The position numbers and the translations under genes were made by a program. Positions 1-12,577 of a stretch of 64,000 nt of DNA are shown here, in pieces. Source of the DNA: Hydrolagus affinis (taxonomy: Eukaryota); NCBI GenBank assembly GCA_012026655.1, contig JAAILG010000001.1, positions 124,001 through 188,000 on the forward strand, read 5' to 3'. Each line of letters begins with the position of its first letter. Positions within the stretch are counted from its first letter, which is position 1. The notes under the pieces were generated by a model that did not search any database, had not been told where the DNA came from, and was given only the letters and a program-made list of their open reading frames with translations.

Positions 1-1768
1 ACGCATTTCTTTAAATGTTTTACAATCAGTGAAAATGTGTGGTAAACAAAAGAGAAAATTAAATATTTTTGAAACAAACGAACAGCGGAGAGAAAGCCAT
101 AGAAACCAGTGTCCCTCCTCGAAGTGGAATTGTTATAATCTCCTTTATTGCAGAATGCATGTGTATCAAGTTCTCTTCAAACGCAAACTTTTGTGAGTTT
201 GAAATTAAATTTTGGCAGCAGAACACAGTGCGGTTAATCTACAAAACTGGCAAACAGCAGTGCATCATGAGTAAAGATTAAAGGAATGTAATCTCTGAAT
301 TCTGCAGTTTGTACATTTTTTGTCCCAGGAATATCTTGTCTATTGGTAAGGATTTAGAATTTCAGTTATCTACAGGACTTCAGGAGCCCCGGTTTGGCTT
401 TTAAAAGAAAGCCACCTCTTCGATCCTTTCCTCACGCATCTTCATGTGACAAACCGCGATGTCACATCAGCGTGTTTCCCTAACTTGTCTTATTTTGCGC
501 TACCGAGCCGAGGCATTGTTTCAGGCAGGAGGTGACATGTTAATAGCTTAATAGTATAATCTCACAAATGATAATATGCTGTCACACCGTCTGAAGCAAA
601 ATGTTTACAAGAAAAGTGGTAATATATGATGACAGTAATTTGAACAAAAATGAATTTACTGCTGTTGTCTCATTTGCAGTAAATTTTCACATCTTTCATG
701 CACAACTTGCGCTCCGTGACCTCATCTCATTATTGTGTTCTGTGTGGCTGATGAATGCTTTAAAGTGAAAGGCAGGCAAATGAAACAGAAACCTGCAGCT
801 TAATAACTGATTTCAGAAGTTCGCACTGTGGTTTGAATGAATCTCACTTAATTTGTTCGGCAGACAGATGTGGTGTCAACCTGACTGATTAATTAATACC
901 AGCTAGAACTGCCCATTAAAATTCAGGCACTATCTGATATGATTATGTTTTGACAATTTACAAAATTATTTTCCATATTAAAATGTGTTAAAAAAAATCA
1001 GCTCTCTTGTGCAATGCTTAACGGAATTGAAAGACTCGGAATCTCAGCTTCCTTCCACTCCGATGAAATAGAGCTTCACAAAAAGAATGATGATGTTTTA
1101 CTTCAATGCTAAGCTAGTAACAATCACGAGTGCATCCTTTTAGCCACACTGGAGTATTTCATTGCAAGGAGAATACGGAGCCTCCCACAAGCACATTGTA
1201 CAAGTGCCATAGATATGATCTCTAGAGCAGGGTGACATCCTAACTAATACATGGATTAAATCCTCCCTGCTCAGAGGGTTAGAAGTTCAATAATTACAGT
1301 ACATTCATTTCATCTTCTGGGAAGTGCATGTTGACTCAATTCATTTTGGTTTAAGACTGCTGTACAATACCGTTCACCTTTTTTTAAAAAAAAGAACAGC
1401 AGACACCAAATCTGACTTTTGTCCCTGCTTTTGTGAGCAGCCGTTAGTTAAAACCCCAGGATGAGTTTTTAATGAGAGTTTTATTTATCAGAGAGTGAAA
1501 GTGAAAACAGCATTAATGCAATGTCTGAGGCCACACGATGAGGGAACATGCATCAATACACTCTAATGTATAGAGATTGTGGGCTCGATTTTTCACTCAA
1601 TTACAAAGCAATCTCCACTTCTGTCATAGGTACAAGTGGAGAGTGTGCATCTGCAGTAATATCATGGTAGAGTACTTAGCCCTGATCCATCTGTGTTGTT
1701 GCAATGGGATTGTGGAGCAACAACTGTGCAGAGGGATAGATGTTTTTCCTTTGGAAGAGGACAGCACT

Positions 1769-1838
1769 AACAACAACAACAAATTGTATTTATGTAGTGT
1801 CTTTCACGTCGGGATGACATCCCAAAGTGCCTTTCACT
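1769..1838 (-). mobile_element. L2 LINE extreme 3' tail fragment
   Basis: (AAC)n followed by aaattgtatttatgtagtgtctttcacgtcgggatgacatcccaaagtgc, the reverse complement of the tail on the L2 copies at 4398 and 56000. Confidence 0.8.
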
Positions 1839-2493
1839 AACAGCATGCGGCTTTTCCGCTTGCCACTATGACAGATTCAAACAATTGTAAACAAGCTTCA
1901 CTTTTTGTTTTCGATTGACTAAACTAAAAAGTACACCAGTAGTGGAATCCTATCCTCTCGTCTGTAAGAATTCCTGAAACAGACTCTAAACATTATTGCA
2001 AGTTAATACATATATCAACATGATGGGAGTCCACATCTTACAGCAGCAATCTGCAGACTACGTTTACATTCACACATTTATTTACCCACAATGTTGTTTG
2101 AAGCAAGAGTGGTGTATCTGCGATGACTGTTTATTTGTTTTGTCCCTATTACTAGAAGCACTTTGGTAACATGATGATTACATTGGAGAAGATGTAATTT
2201 AGGAACCCATAAAAGAGTGCTAACGTTATTCTGATCAGGAGCGAGTAGGCTAGTCATCGCTTCTGGTAGGAAGAGAGCTGGATTTTGCTGCTAATACCTG
2301 AATACATCCCACTCACACGTACCACTGGCAGCAAAATTCCTTTGGTTCAAAGTTATTATTATTAGTTTGTGAATCTGAGACAGAAAACCGAAGAAGTACA
2401 GATATGTGCTACCATCTGAAGCTTGAGCCTCACAGTGAAAATGGCTTCTGTATAAATGTCCAAACTTGCCGGGCAAGCCAAGATGATATACTT

Positions 2494-2601
2494 AATATAC
2501 AGTCAATTCACTTTACAGTATATTCTGCAAAGTGCTTTGAGACGTCTCGAAGATGTGATAAGGCGCTATATCAAATAGAAGGATTATTATGATTATTATT
2601 A
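2494..2601 (+). mobile_element. SINE 3' fragment (ATT-tailed tRNA/Deu-type family)
   Basis: atatacagtcaattcactttacagtatattctg...gcgctatatcaaat..ggattattat matches the 3' third of the full copies at 11553 and 38614. Confidence 0.85.
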
Positions 2602-4397
2602 TCCATGTAATAAATGTGCACCTTGGGCAGGATTATGCAACATCAGTTTTCAGGTATGCTCTTTTGATTGTTGAGTCTGTTAAGTGTGTTTGCTGATAGG
2701 CTTACTATGAGTTGGTTTCTCAGTGTAATACTAGGGCGTGTGGCAGTGGTAATCAGCACCTGGACTTGATTTCTCACTGTTGAATGAGCGTCAGTGTTAG
2801 GGGCAACTCAACGCTCCCCTTAACACCGCTCCAGACAGTTATTTCTGTTTTTTTCACAAATATCCCACCTGCCCCCATGAGCAATCCTGCCTCAGAAAGG
2901 GCAGGACTCCAGCTGTCTCAGGCAACAGCAACCACAAGTCTGATTCTGACTCGTTTTAGAAATATTTTTTCTGGCCTAAGCTATACCGCTGGGCTCGGAC
3001 ACCTATGCACTGTGCCAGCTCTACGCATTTTTTTTTGGAGGAATAAACTGAACCCTGCCAGAAGTAAATTAAAAATCTTTCAATGAACGACTCTCTGCCC
3101 CAACTGAAAAATAACCAGAGTGCTGCCCTGGTGTATAAGGGCCATTAAGTTTTCACTTTTCACTTTATCCCATCCTGCAAATTTACCCATAAAAGTTTTG
3201 TGAGTGTGTGCACATGTGTATGTGTGTGTGGGGGGGGAGGAGATGATGGGGGGGAAGGGAGGGTTAGGCCAGGGTGGAATTGATATACCAGTAACTGCTA
3301 AGTGATCACCTTTGACAATGTATGCTTTACAGTGAGGATTTCCCATTATAAGGCAATTTTCACTAGAGCCATAGGCACAAACGGACAGATTGCTTGCACA
3401 ATTGTGAGTGCTGTGATATTTTGTCCAATTTAGCAATCTTAAAAGAAATGTTATTTCCCCCAATTCCAGCTTTAGTTCTCCAAACAAAAGCCTCATGTAC
3501 AGACCTTGTGACAGGGATATAAAGGGACCTGTGCCTTTAAAATGTTTTTTATGATTGATCCGTAGAAAAGATGGGTTAAGAATGGCCCCTTTAACTTCCA
3601 ACAGGTTGTGTGGCCTTTGTCTCCACGCTTCAGTGTAAAATGGTGGAACTGACATGAAAGAGCAATAGAAGAACATGCACATTACATATTCATCTGGTGA
3701 CAATCAATACCACGTTGCACTGTAATGCACAGTTCAGTTTATCCAACATATGCTACAAGGTTGCTCATAGTGTTTGTTAGTGCTGACCCTAACACACTAG
3801 AGCTCTTGCCTCCGTTCCTTTTCTGAGCCGCACAGAAAGTGTGAAGGGCATGTTACAGAGAGAGTATTTTAAACGGTTTCTCTATTAGTGCAGGAGTTAT
3901 AAACCAGCTTTCAGGTTTCGACTTGAAACCCCATGAAATTCGGATATTCATGAAGTTCAAGCTGAAAATAAGATGCCAACCCTTCAGGCAAGCACACGAG
4001 CCTCCTCAGACCCCTAGGAAACGCAGGCACATCTCCCACTATATCGCTAGGGAACACAAATACGGATCAGATGTTTCCCCCTCCACTAGAAGCACTGGGG
4101 TTTGGATGCCTTCCATGCTAGACCTTCAGGAATATACACAGATTTATCTATTTAAAACGACTCCTACCTGTATTGCTGCGGCAATGGCATGAATGAGGAA
4201 AAATTAGAATCTGTCCATCATATTATCACGTGTATCCACCTGAAGTAAATAAGCCTATTTCAAAACAGATTGCCAATCATCTAATGCAGCAGTCCTTCTG
4301 AAGAGTCATTCAGAAATTCTGTTCTGATATGGATATATGACTGAGTGAAGTAATGAAGAGCAACACACTTGTAGAGTCTGAAAAGCACCGAATAAAA

Positions 4398-4952
4398 AAC
4401 AACAACAACAAAATTACACTTGTATAGCGCCTTTCACGTCAGGAGGACAGCCCAAGGCGCTGGACAATCATTGTTTGAGACCTGAGCTGGGAACGGGGAT
4501 GGGGAGGTTGGAGGGAAAGTGGGGGATTTGATATGACCGATGGGACCATCGAAAAGAAGGGTCTTGAGGCGGGACTTGAAGGAGGCCAGGGAGAAGTCAA
4601 GGTGAAGGGACTGTGGGATGGAGTTCCAGAGGTTGGGGGCAGAGTGGCTGAAGGCTCATACTGCCAATGGTAGGGTGAATGGGATGGAGGATGTGGAGCA
4701 GGCCAGAGCCTGCTGAGCAGAGGCGGTGGGCAGGTTGGCAAGGGTTTAGGAGGTTGCAAATGTAGGGTGGGGCAAGGCTGTAGAGGGCTTTGAATGTGAG
4801 TACCAGGATCTTGAATTGGATCCTCTGGGTGATGGGGAGCCAATGGAGTTGGGTGAGGATGGGGGAGATGGAGGTCACAAAGCTTGGAGTGGTAGAGGAC
4901 ACAGGCTGCAGAGTTCTGGATTATCTGCAACCTATGGAGGGAGGAATTAGAG
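4398..4952 (-). mobile_element. L2 LINE, 5'-truncated (ORF2 C-terminus, 3' UTR, GTT tail)
   Basis: Frameshifted translation gives LHRLQIIQNSAACVL, ISPILTQLHWLPITQRIQFKILVLTFKALYSLAPPY and the WNS motif region, all typical of the L2 ORF2 C-terminus. (AAC)n tail at 4398. Confidence 0.92.
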
Positions 4953-7900
4953 CACAACAACAACAATAAAATTGCATTTATAGAGCTCCTACAAAACAAG
5001 TGTTAGAAAGGGACAATTATCAATCTTACGGTTGGTGAGAGTTCTTCCAGTTACCCTTTGTCAGCTTAACCTTGCTGACCAGAGCATTTTGCAGTTTTTT
5101 GGCATTTGTTTCCCCAGTATGAAAATTTGAGCAGAACAGAGCTGCACAATCCTTACTTTTACACACTCCTCACCAATAGCAAAAGTGAGTAACTGGTAGG
5201 AGTCATTCTGTTTAAGTCATGGAATTTTTGTTACGCAAACAAAGTCCAATAAATCATTTTCCTGTCATTTCACAAAGAAAATAACCCACGAGGAAATTGA
5301 CCTAAAAGGCATGTTTCGACTGTGATGCTGGTTATATCTGCAAATGGGATCACGCGTGATTTGTTGCTGTTGTTGTTGTAGAGGATTTGAGCAGTTCACT
5401 GGTTGGTGCTTGTGAAAATGAAGATTGCTGAGAATATGGCACTAAGTATGAATCAATATGTGGCTGATTGTGAATGAATGTCCGATTCCAAAAGAGTCTG
5501 TAACTACAATTGAGAACACATGAAAAATGTTAAAATTCAGTTATGTTAAAACAACATTGAGCTGCATGATATGAGCATATTTGTTAATGGGGAAAGCGGG
5601 GGGTTGTACAGAAATGGAAGTTAATTTTTGCAATTGAAGCATTATCATTAAAACCCTTTCTTTTTTTCAGACCCTACACTGTGACACTCAACTCCAGCTC
5701 AGCAGCATTCACCAGGATTCCCATGACTGGAAATACTTTCAAAAGCACTAATTCTGCTGACTGAGTGACAGCTCTCAGGTTGATCCACCTAACTAATCAA
5801 GTGACAAAACTCTTAGCAGTAGGACTTCCTGAATGGCTATCTTCACTGTCAATCAAAAGCCGCTCATCCATCAAGTTGGGTTAACTTGTGTGTATGTATG
5901 GGAGGGGTGAGGCTTGGGGTTCTCTCTGAGTTTGAAAAGTGGTAGACTTGAGAGCTGTTTCAAATTGATTTTTAATTATTTTATGTGGTGATTTTATTTA
6001 TCTTGGCTTTGACCACTGTTTCGTATTTATTAAAAATTTCTAGTTTTGAAAATTCTCCGCTGCCTTCAAATACACAGGGTGCAGTTTAATGGGTACGGTT
6101 TTGCCCCCGTGAAAGATTTAATATAACTTTACCGTGTTTATGCAAAGAGCAGCACAAAGTCCAGGGATGGAAACAATTGGGGGCAATCTGCCAACAAGAG
6201 CAATTATAATATATTATGTATATTTTTCTATATTAAGTCAGTGCAATTAAAACAATGATTTATAATGTATGACACAATTTAAGAATGTGATGGTTGGGTA
6301 GGGTGATACAATAGCTCCAATTTATAAAGTGAATCTCACACCAAAAAAAAGAACAACAGTTATAGAAAATATAGAAATGAATTTCACTTAACTGTATCAA
6401 AGGTTTTTCCTTTGACTTGCCCCCCTACACACAGTATCGGATGGTAAAGTGCATTTACACTTTCTTTACAAACACATGCATCATTTTCATTTGCTACAAT
6501 GCCCAATTTTTCCCCACATGCACGGCACACAAAGAAAAATATTAGGTGGGTTAAATCTGTGGTGCATTGAAAATAACAGCGGTTTAAATTTTCACAATGC
6601 TCCCCGTGAACTGCATGATTATTTCATGAATGCTGCCTGTGTTGATGCTGCAACTGTCCCAAGATATTGGGCTGCAGTTCACAGCACATCACCATGAGCT
6701 GCCTGCTGGAAGCACCAACACATTTTGTGAATTACAAAACGCTGTTTTGGCGGCGCTTTGCGAGATGAGATCTCGACATCATGGGACATAATTGTTCGTA
6801 ACAACCATCGCAGCATAATGAACCGTTCGACAAAGTTACGGTCTGCGCGGGTGTGCACACAGACAAATTCATTCCATTGGAAGGAAAAAAGAACGGAGAG
6901 GAAAAATAAATGTTGCCCTGGCAATTTCATTTTACAATAATTTTGATTCCTTATGAGATACTGTATTAATGAATATTCCTGAAGGACCCCCACAACCAAA
7001 CATATCTTATTATAGGACTTACATGTACAGATAGTACCAGTACCTCTCCGCTCCGTGCATATAGACTTACTGTGAGCAAAGCTTGTTTCTTCTCTTCCAG
7101 TGCAGCATATTACCAGGAAATGAACATTATTCCCTTGAAATCTACTAAGTCTTTGGCTGCTCCTTTCTAGCAATTACATGCACAACATAAAATTGATGAT
7201 GTTGAGGCAAAGATTTATAATAAAAATAGGGTTTCAAAAAAAATCTGTCCAAATTGCACGAGGGTACTGGCTCACTGACTTGTGTTTGTAAATTATATTA
7301 ACCCTTGGTTTCAAAGAAAAATAACTTGTTTCTCGTTCATTCCAGGTAATAAAACGAGCAAAAGGAAAATGTTCTCATATGATAAGAATCGGTACCTTCT
7401 ATAATTAAACACAAAACGCATCGACAGGATAAACAAATAAAATAAAAAAGATATTATATACCATTTCAGTGTGGTATGGTAGGGCTTGAACTTCCACGTG
7501 TTTATAATTCTGTAATTAAATTACATATACCACAATACCCATATCTGGCGTGTTATGGAATACTTAGTCTGTAGTAATTAGCTTCCAAATGTCATTCAGA
7601 ATTGTAAAGCAGGCTAAACTCATTGCTGTTAGTTGTTTCACGACCGTGTATTACATTAACATGTTTCCCTGTGTGTGAGATGCATTATCAACATGCGTTT
7701 GTGAGTGTGACATAAACATGCCTCTCTGTACATTTTAACATTTACATTTTAACATATTTAAATATTGCAGGCACTCAAATCACTTTTGCCAAGAGACATA
7801 TTTTAGACAAAATAATGTATATAATTTCCTTATTTTTATGTTACCGTTAAAAACTGTTTTTTCTTTACAAAATAGAATTGAAATGCTCGCATTTAACATT

Positions 7901-10364
7901 GAATAGTATTTTTATGACTATTTCTCTGAAATGCACAATTAATAATTAAAAATATCATGGTTTTCCCTCCTAATAGGTGGTCAGCTAAATGTTTAAGTCA
8001 TAGAAAAATATAATATTGCATAAATTCCTATATACACAGAGTGACCAAAAAGTTGTGATACCATTACAATGACAAGGTCTAATAAATCTTAAGAAAATGA
8101 TAATTAAAAAATCTGTTTTTAATTATGGCAGTTATCACGACTTTTTGTATAACACTACGGTGCTGTTATTAGCATTGGAAATAAGACAACTTAATTTCGG
8201 TGCTGCTGCTATTACTGCTCTAAATCTGTAATATGAAATGTGCAAAATGTAATATAGTAATTAAAATATGAATGGCCAGTAGTCACTTGAAACATCCCTT
8301 ACCATCTGGTAACCTAGTGCTAGAGTCCATAATTAGAACATTATGACTGACACACAAAATAGTAAATTAACTTGAAAACTGCTGCCTATTTCATATAGCT
8401 TATTGTTTTGTGTATCCTGAGCTCACTTTAACCAGCTTTAAACCACCTCCTGTTTTAATTGAAACTAGTTGTGACAAGCACTTATAGGGTTAATAGTGGG
8501 GCTTGTTTATGGCACAGGGTAGCTGAAGCTCTTGTCTGGAAAGTCTTTATATTTAAACATTGTATAGCTATGGCTATGCTTCTAGCCTGTAAATATTCAC
8601 AGATCTACAAAGTAATAATAGCATTACCACTGCAGGAGTCTTTGGGGAAGTGAAGCTGCCAGTAATAGATTATTTAAACCTGCCCATGATGGCTTAGAAA
8701 AATCCTTGAAGACAGAAAGGGTCTGTCTTGTTTAAAGATGCGTTTCCAAGGATGCGATCTTACTTGCAAAGATCCTTATTACACTTTGGTACCCCTGAGC
8801 TGCCTAGATGACACCATCAGTTACAGGTGGTACTGTAAATGCAGGCAAAACACCAAACCCCCAAAGTCAGTCACTGAAATCATCTTCAGCTCCCAAATTG
8901 TCATAGAAGGAGAATAGCATAGGATGTGTCTTATGCTGTCTGGCCAAACTAGGGCACAGATGGGATAATGGATTTTACAAACAGCATTTTGATGAGAGGA
9001 GGGGAGTAGAAATCGTATGTAAAATGCACAAAGGCTGTATAAACACACTGATGCCTGCAGCTGGAACAAACTAAAAAGATGTTTAATAATTTAGAACCAA
9101 GCAGGCAGGGCCTGTGCAGCTGTTATGTGCAAGGGACCATGAAAGCCTTCCATCTGACAGCTGGCTCCATCTTCCCTCATCGCTGTGAGGAAGAAGAATG
9201 CAGATTTGGGATTAGCCAATCCCCGTTACCCTCTCCCATCTGCCACAAAGACCTACGCAGTGACTCCTCTCAGCAGAAAAGCATACACATAAAAACACAC
9301 ACACGCACACAAACATATGTATGTATCAGTATCACCCATCAGCCATTCTGTGAGACTGTTGACACAAAGCCAGTACATGGCTGCTGTCATTTTTGCTGGA
9401 GGGCACATTTTGCATTTCACACATTTGCAGAAATACAAAATGTTGCTGGATGCAAACTATTCTGGCATAATTGGCTGAATTAGTCAGTTGTTTACCTTGT
9501 GTCCTCCACCTGATTATCATAGCTCAGCTGGGAGGGCTGGGAGAAAAGAGCAAGAAGGGATTTGGAGGGCAGGTGAAGCTATGTTTGCCCAGGAAAAAAA
9601 AGGGGTCCTTAGTAGATTCCCAGCTGGGTAATAGCAGACTTGTGCCAGGAAGATGCCTGTTAACAGTCAATGCCTTTTCACTACGTTCCAGCATCACCAT
9701 TAACGTTCCTTAATATTAACAAAATCAGTGTTGCAAAAATACTTTTGGACTTTAAATTGCTCAGAGTCTGAATAAATTATTTCAACAGACTGCTTCTTGT
9801 TACCGAAGCTTTATTTTCATAATATTTTATATAACTTTTCCTGATACTTAACCCTTCTGAATCTGAAGATCATGACCACATTAACTAGTTTTCCCAAAGT
9901 TATGAAGAAATAAATGAAATCCAGATTTTCATTTCTTTACAAGAAATGTGATCTCTTTCAGCATTTAAGTAATATTTCCTGCAAAAACATTCCAGACCAT
10001 CTGCACAGGCAGTTTCCAGACACATTTCAAGGTGACAAGGCCCACTTAAGCAGACCAAAACAGAGCTCAGCATACCAATGTGAGAGGGAATCAAAGTGAG
10101 GCTGTTTCCTGCAGGCTAGCTTGCCTTGTTGACAGACACTTCACTGCTAATTAATGTTAATATTTACCAAAAAAAAATGCAAGGGTCCTAAAAGAAAGAT
10201 CGCACATTGTTTCAAGCTAAGCTGCGGCATTATCAACCAATGCAACCAATTTAAACAAGCCAGGTTTATTGGGGGCGGGGGGGAGGGAGGGATGGTGTAG
10301 TGTAGGGTGGAGAGGAAGGGGGTGGTTGTGTGAAGGTTCAGATAAATTGGAAAAAAAAGAGTGT

Positions 10365-10430
10365 GGCTCAGTGGCACAGTGGTAAAACACTTGCCTCACG
10401 CCTCTGTGCTCGCAGGCTTGAATTCCTGTA
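10365..10430 (+). mobile_element. Degenerate tRNA-derived SINE head
   Basis: gtggcacagtggtaaaacacttgcctcac...ggcttgaattcc resembles A and B boxes in the V-SINE head style. The body was not recognised. Confidence 0.45.
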
Positions 10431-10849
10431 GGGGTCTGCTTCAAATTGCAGTCAAATGCGTGATAAATTTGTCAGAACTATCAGCTTACTGCTTGGCAGG
10501 AGGGCAGAGTCTTGTATTAACTCTAAGCCCAAAAATCTTCATTTAGTTATTCAGTAAAAAAAATGGATCCAAGTTGGATGTGCACCACGGCACTACATGT
10601 AGTGGGTTTGTGCCCTTGGTTACCTAATCTTGGCCATTCTGTCAGGGGACTTGCCAAGGAGAGGCCAGGTGCTTCCCATAGTCATTCTCAGGATTATTGT
10701 GTTGTGCAGTGAACCTAAGAAATGAATGTTCTCCCAATAGCCTAGTGAATCAAGGGCATTGCATGGCAATAGCACAAAGACATATTGAAGTGAAACGTTA
10801 AGGTTCAAAAGCTGGTCTAACCATAGTTCCCTGATCTCTTTTTAAAAAA

Positions 10850-10996
10850 AGTTCACTCACTCAACGACTGTTTGCAGGATATTGATGTGCACAATTGGCA
10901 GTCGCATTTGGCACACAAAATACACAGCCAATTCACTTTGCAATAGATCCTGTGAATATCAAATTGAGGTATCATATCTAAAGATTATTATTATTA
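10850..10996 (+). mobile_element. Degraded SINE 3' half (Deu-type domain and ATT tail)
   Basis: cgactgtttgcaggatattgatgtgcacaattggcagtcgcatttg...aagattattattatt. Confidence 0.75.
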
Positions 10997-11144
10997 ACTC
11001 AATTAAGACAAGAGTTTGGGCACTATAACTGGCCTTAGAGCCCCTTGAGCTGGGAGGAGGGGGATAACAAATAGGGTTCTTGCTCGCACATCACAATCCA
11101 TTAGCAGCTGGTAGAAGGTATATAGTAATCCTACATTTGATATA

Positions 11145-11228
11145 GCACATTTCACCCCTTCTAGATGTCTCAGCGCTTCACAGAATATACTGCTAAGTGA
11201 ATTGACTGTATATTTTGTGGGCAAAATG
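11145..11228 (-). mobile_element. SINE 3' fragment
   Basis: taatcctacatttgatatagcac...cttcacagaatatactg...gtgaattgactgtatattttgtgggc is the reverse complement of the family tail. Confidence 0.85.
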
Positions 11229-11299
11229 GGTGTTTATGTGTATGTTTATATGTGTGTTTATATGGGTGAATACAGAATAGCGCAAACTTTGATGCATCC

Positions 11300-11435
11300 A
11301 CATGACATCCAACTCTCTATCTGTCTGACTGCCTTTATGCTGGATTCCAGGACCAATGCTGTTCTGACAGATTATCTATGAGAGATCAAGTCTTGGATGA
11401 CTTCTGATTTTCTATAACAAAATGGCAAAAGGATC
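11300..11435 (+). mobile_element. Degraded L2 RT fragment
   Basis: gacatccaactct (DIQL of YADDxQLY) ... gagatcaagtcttggatgacttctgattttcta (EIKSWMTSDFL), paralleling DIRSWMSANFL at 23850. Confidence 0.65.
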
Positions 11436-11552
11436 AAAATCTGAATGATCCAAAAGGTGTAACTACAACGCTATGGCTGTAACAGCTATGGCTCAAAGAT
11501 CCAACATCTGCAGTAAAATGATTAACAAAAGTTTCAAGATCAGCCAATTCTA

Positions 11553-11862
11553 TAGAGTCCTGTAGTTCAGTGATTAGAGCACTCGCCTTACAAGCAAGAG
11601 ACCTGGGTTCAATTCCAGGCAGGGCAGGGCGAAACCTTGGGCAAGTTTCTTTACTCCACATGCCTAATAAAAATCCCTAACAAACAATAAATTGGTCATT
11701 TCAATCCACGACTGTTTGTCAAACACTGCTGTGCGCAATTGGTTGCCTTGTTTCGCCCCCAAGTATACAATCAATTCACTTCACAGTATATTCTGTGAAG
11801 TGCTTTGAGACATCTAGAAGATGTGAAAAGCGCTATATCAAATTCTATTATTATTATTATTG
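11553..11862 (+). mobile_element. Full-length tRNA-derived SINE (~310 bp)
   Basis: A box tagttcagtga, B box ggttcaattcc, a Deu-like core (ctgctgtgcgcaattggttgcc), an L2-like 3' end and an (ATT)n tail. Colinear with 38614-38918. Confidence 0.92.
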
Positions 11863-12149
11863 TTATAATTCAGCAGCCTACAAGTGGGTTCCACAAGTTT
11901 TGTCTGCAACCATTGACTGATTCAACCCAGAGAGTCATGAGTTCAATGACATGCATTGAAACTGATCTGACACTATTGGCTGTATTTTTCTAAGGCAGTT
12001 TTTTTTTGACTGAGCTGTGTTTTAAGTGGGAATTCTGTTTCAAGAGAATAGTAAAGCTTGAATAACCAAACCCATGACTCACAGAAACGTGTATTATTAT
12101 GATTGTTATAATTCAGCAACCTACTATTTTAGACCTGGATGGAACACAC

Positions 12150-12384
12150 AAGCGGCTCCCTTGACCCAATCCACACACCTCAATTGGCCTCCAAACTTCC
12201 CCTCCTAGCCGACATCAACAACCTTTTCACCACTACTGCTGTAGTACTACCTTCCCTCCCCAATATACGCTTTCAAAACCACCAGAAAGACCCTCATGCT
12301 CACATTTAATTCCCTCCATACCCTCATCTGACCTTATTTCTGTTACCTCATGCAATCCAACAGACTTGCCTGCTCACTTTCCTA
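12150..12384 (+). mobile_element. Degraded L2 RT N-terminal fragment
   Basis: cttgacccaatccacaca...cttcccctcctagccgacatcaacaac translates to LDPIHT..LPLLADINN, resembling L2 LDPIPT..L..IIN. C-rich sense strand. Confidence 0.55.
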
Positions 12385-12577
12385 AAACAATAAGAATTTG
12401 GTCATTTCAATCCACGACTGTTTGTGGGACACAGCTCTGCACAATTGGCTGCCACATTTTGCCCACATAATACAGTACAGTCAATTCACTTTTCAGCATA
12501 TTCTGTGAAGCGCTTTAAGATATCTAGAATACATGAAAAGTGCTATATCAAATGCAAGAAGTATTATTATTATTATT
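12385..12577 (+). mobile_element. SINE, 5'-truncated
   Basis: ttggtcatttcaatccacgactgtttgtgggacac...gctatatcaaatgcaag..tattattattattatt. Confidence 0.9.

Noticed and set aside
746-775. Hammerhead ribozyme (CTGATGA..GAAA)
   Set aside because: The core words are present, but no plausible stem II, stem I/III or cleavage triplet can be formed.
3205-3280. G-quadruplex-like GT/G-rich tract (also 10270-10325 and 63620-63642)
   Set aside because: Short low-complexity tracts are common in vertebrate DNA, and nothing here supports a function.
6679-7173. 164-aa minus-strand ORF
   Set aside because: No recognisable domain, non-ATG start, Cys/Phe-rich composition typical of non-coding translation, and no convincing splice sites.
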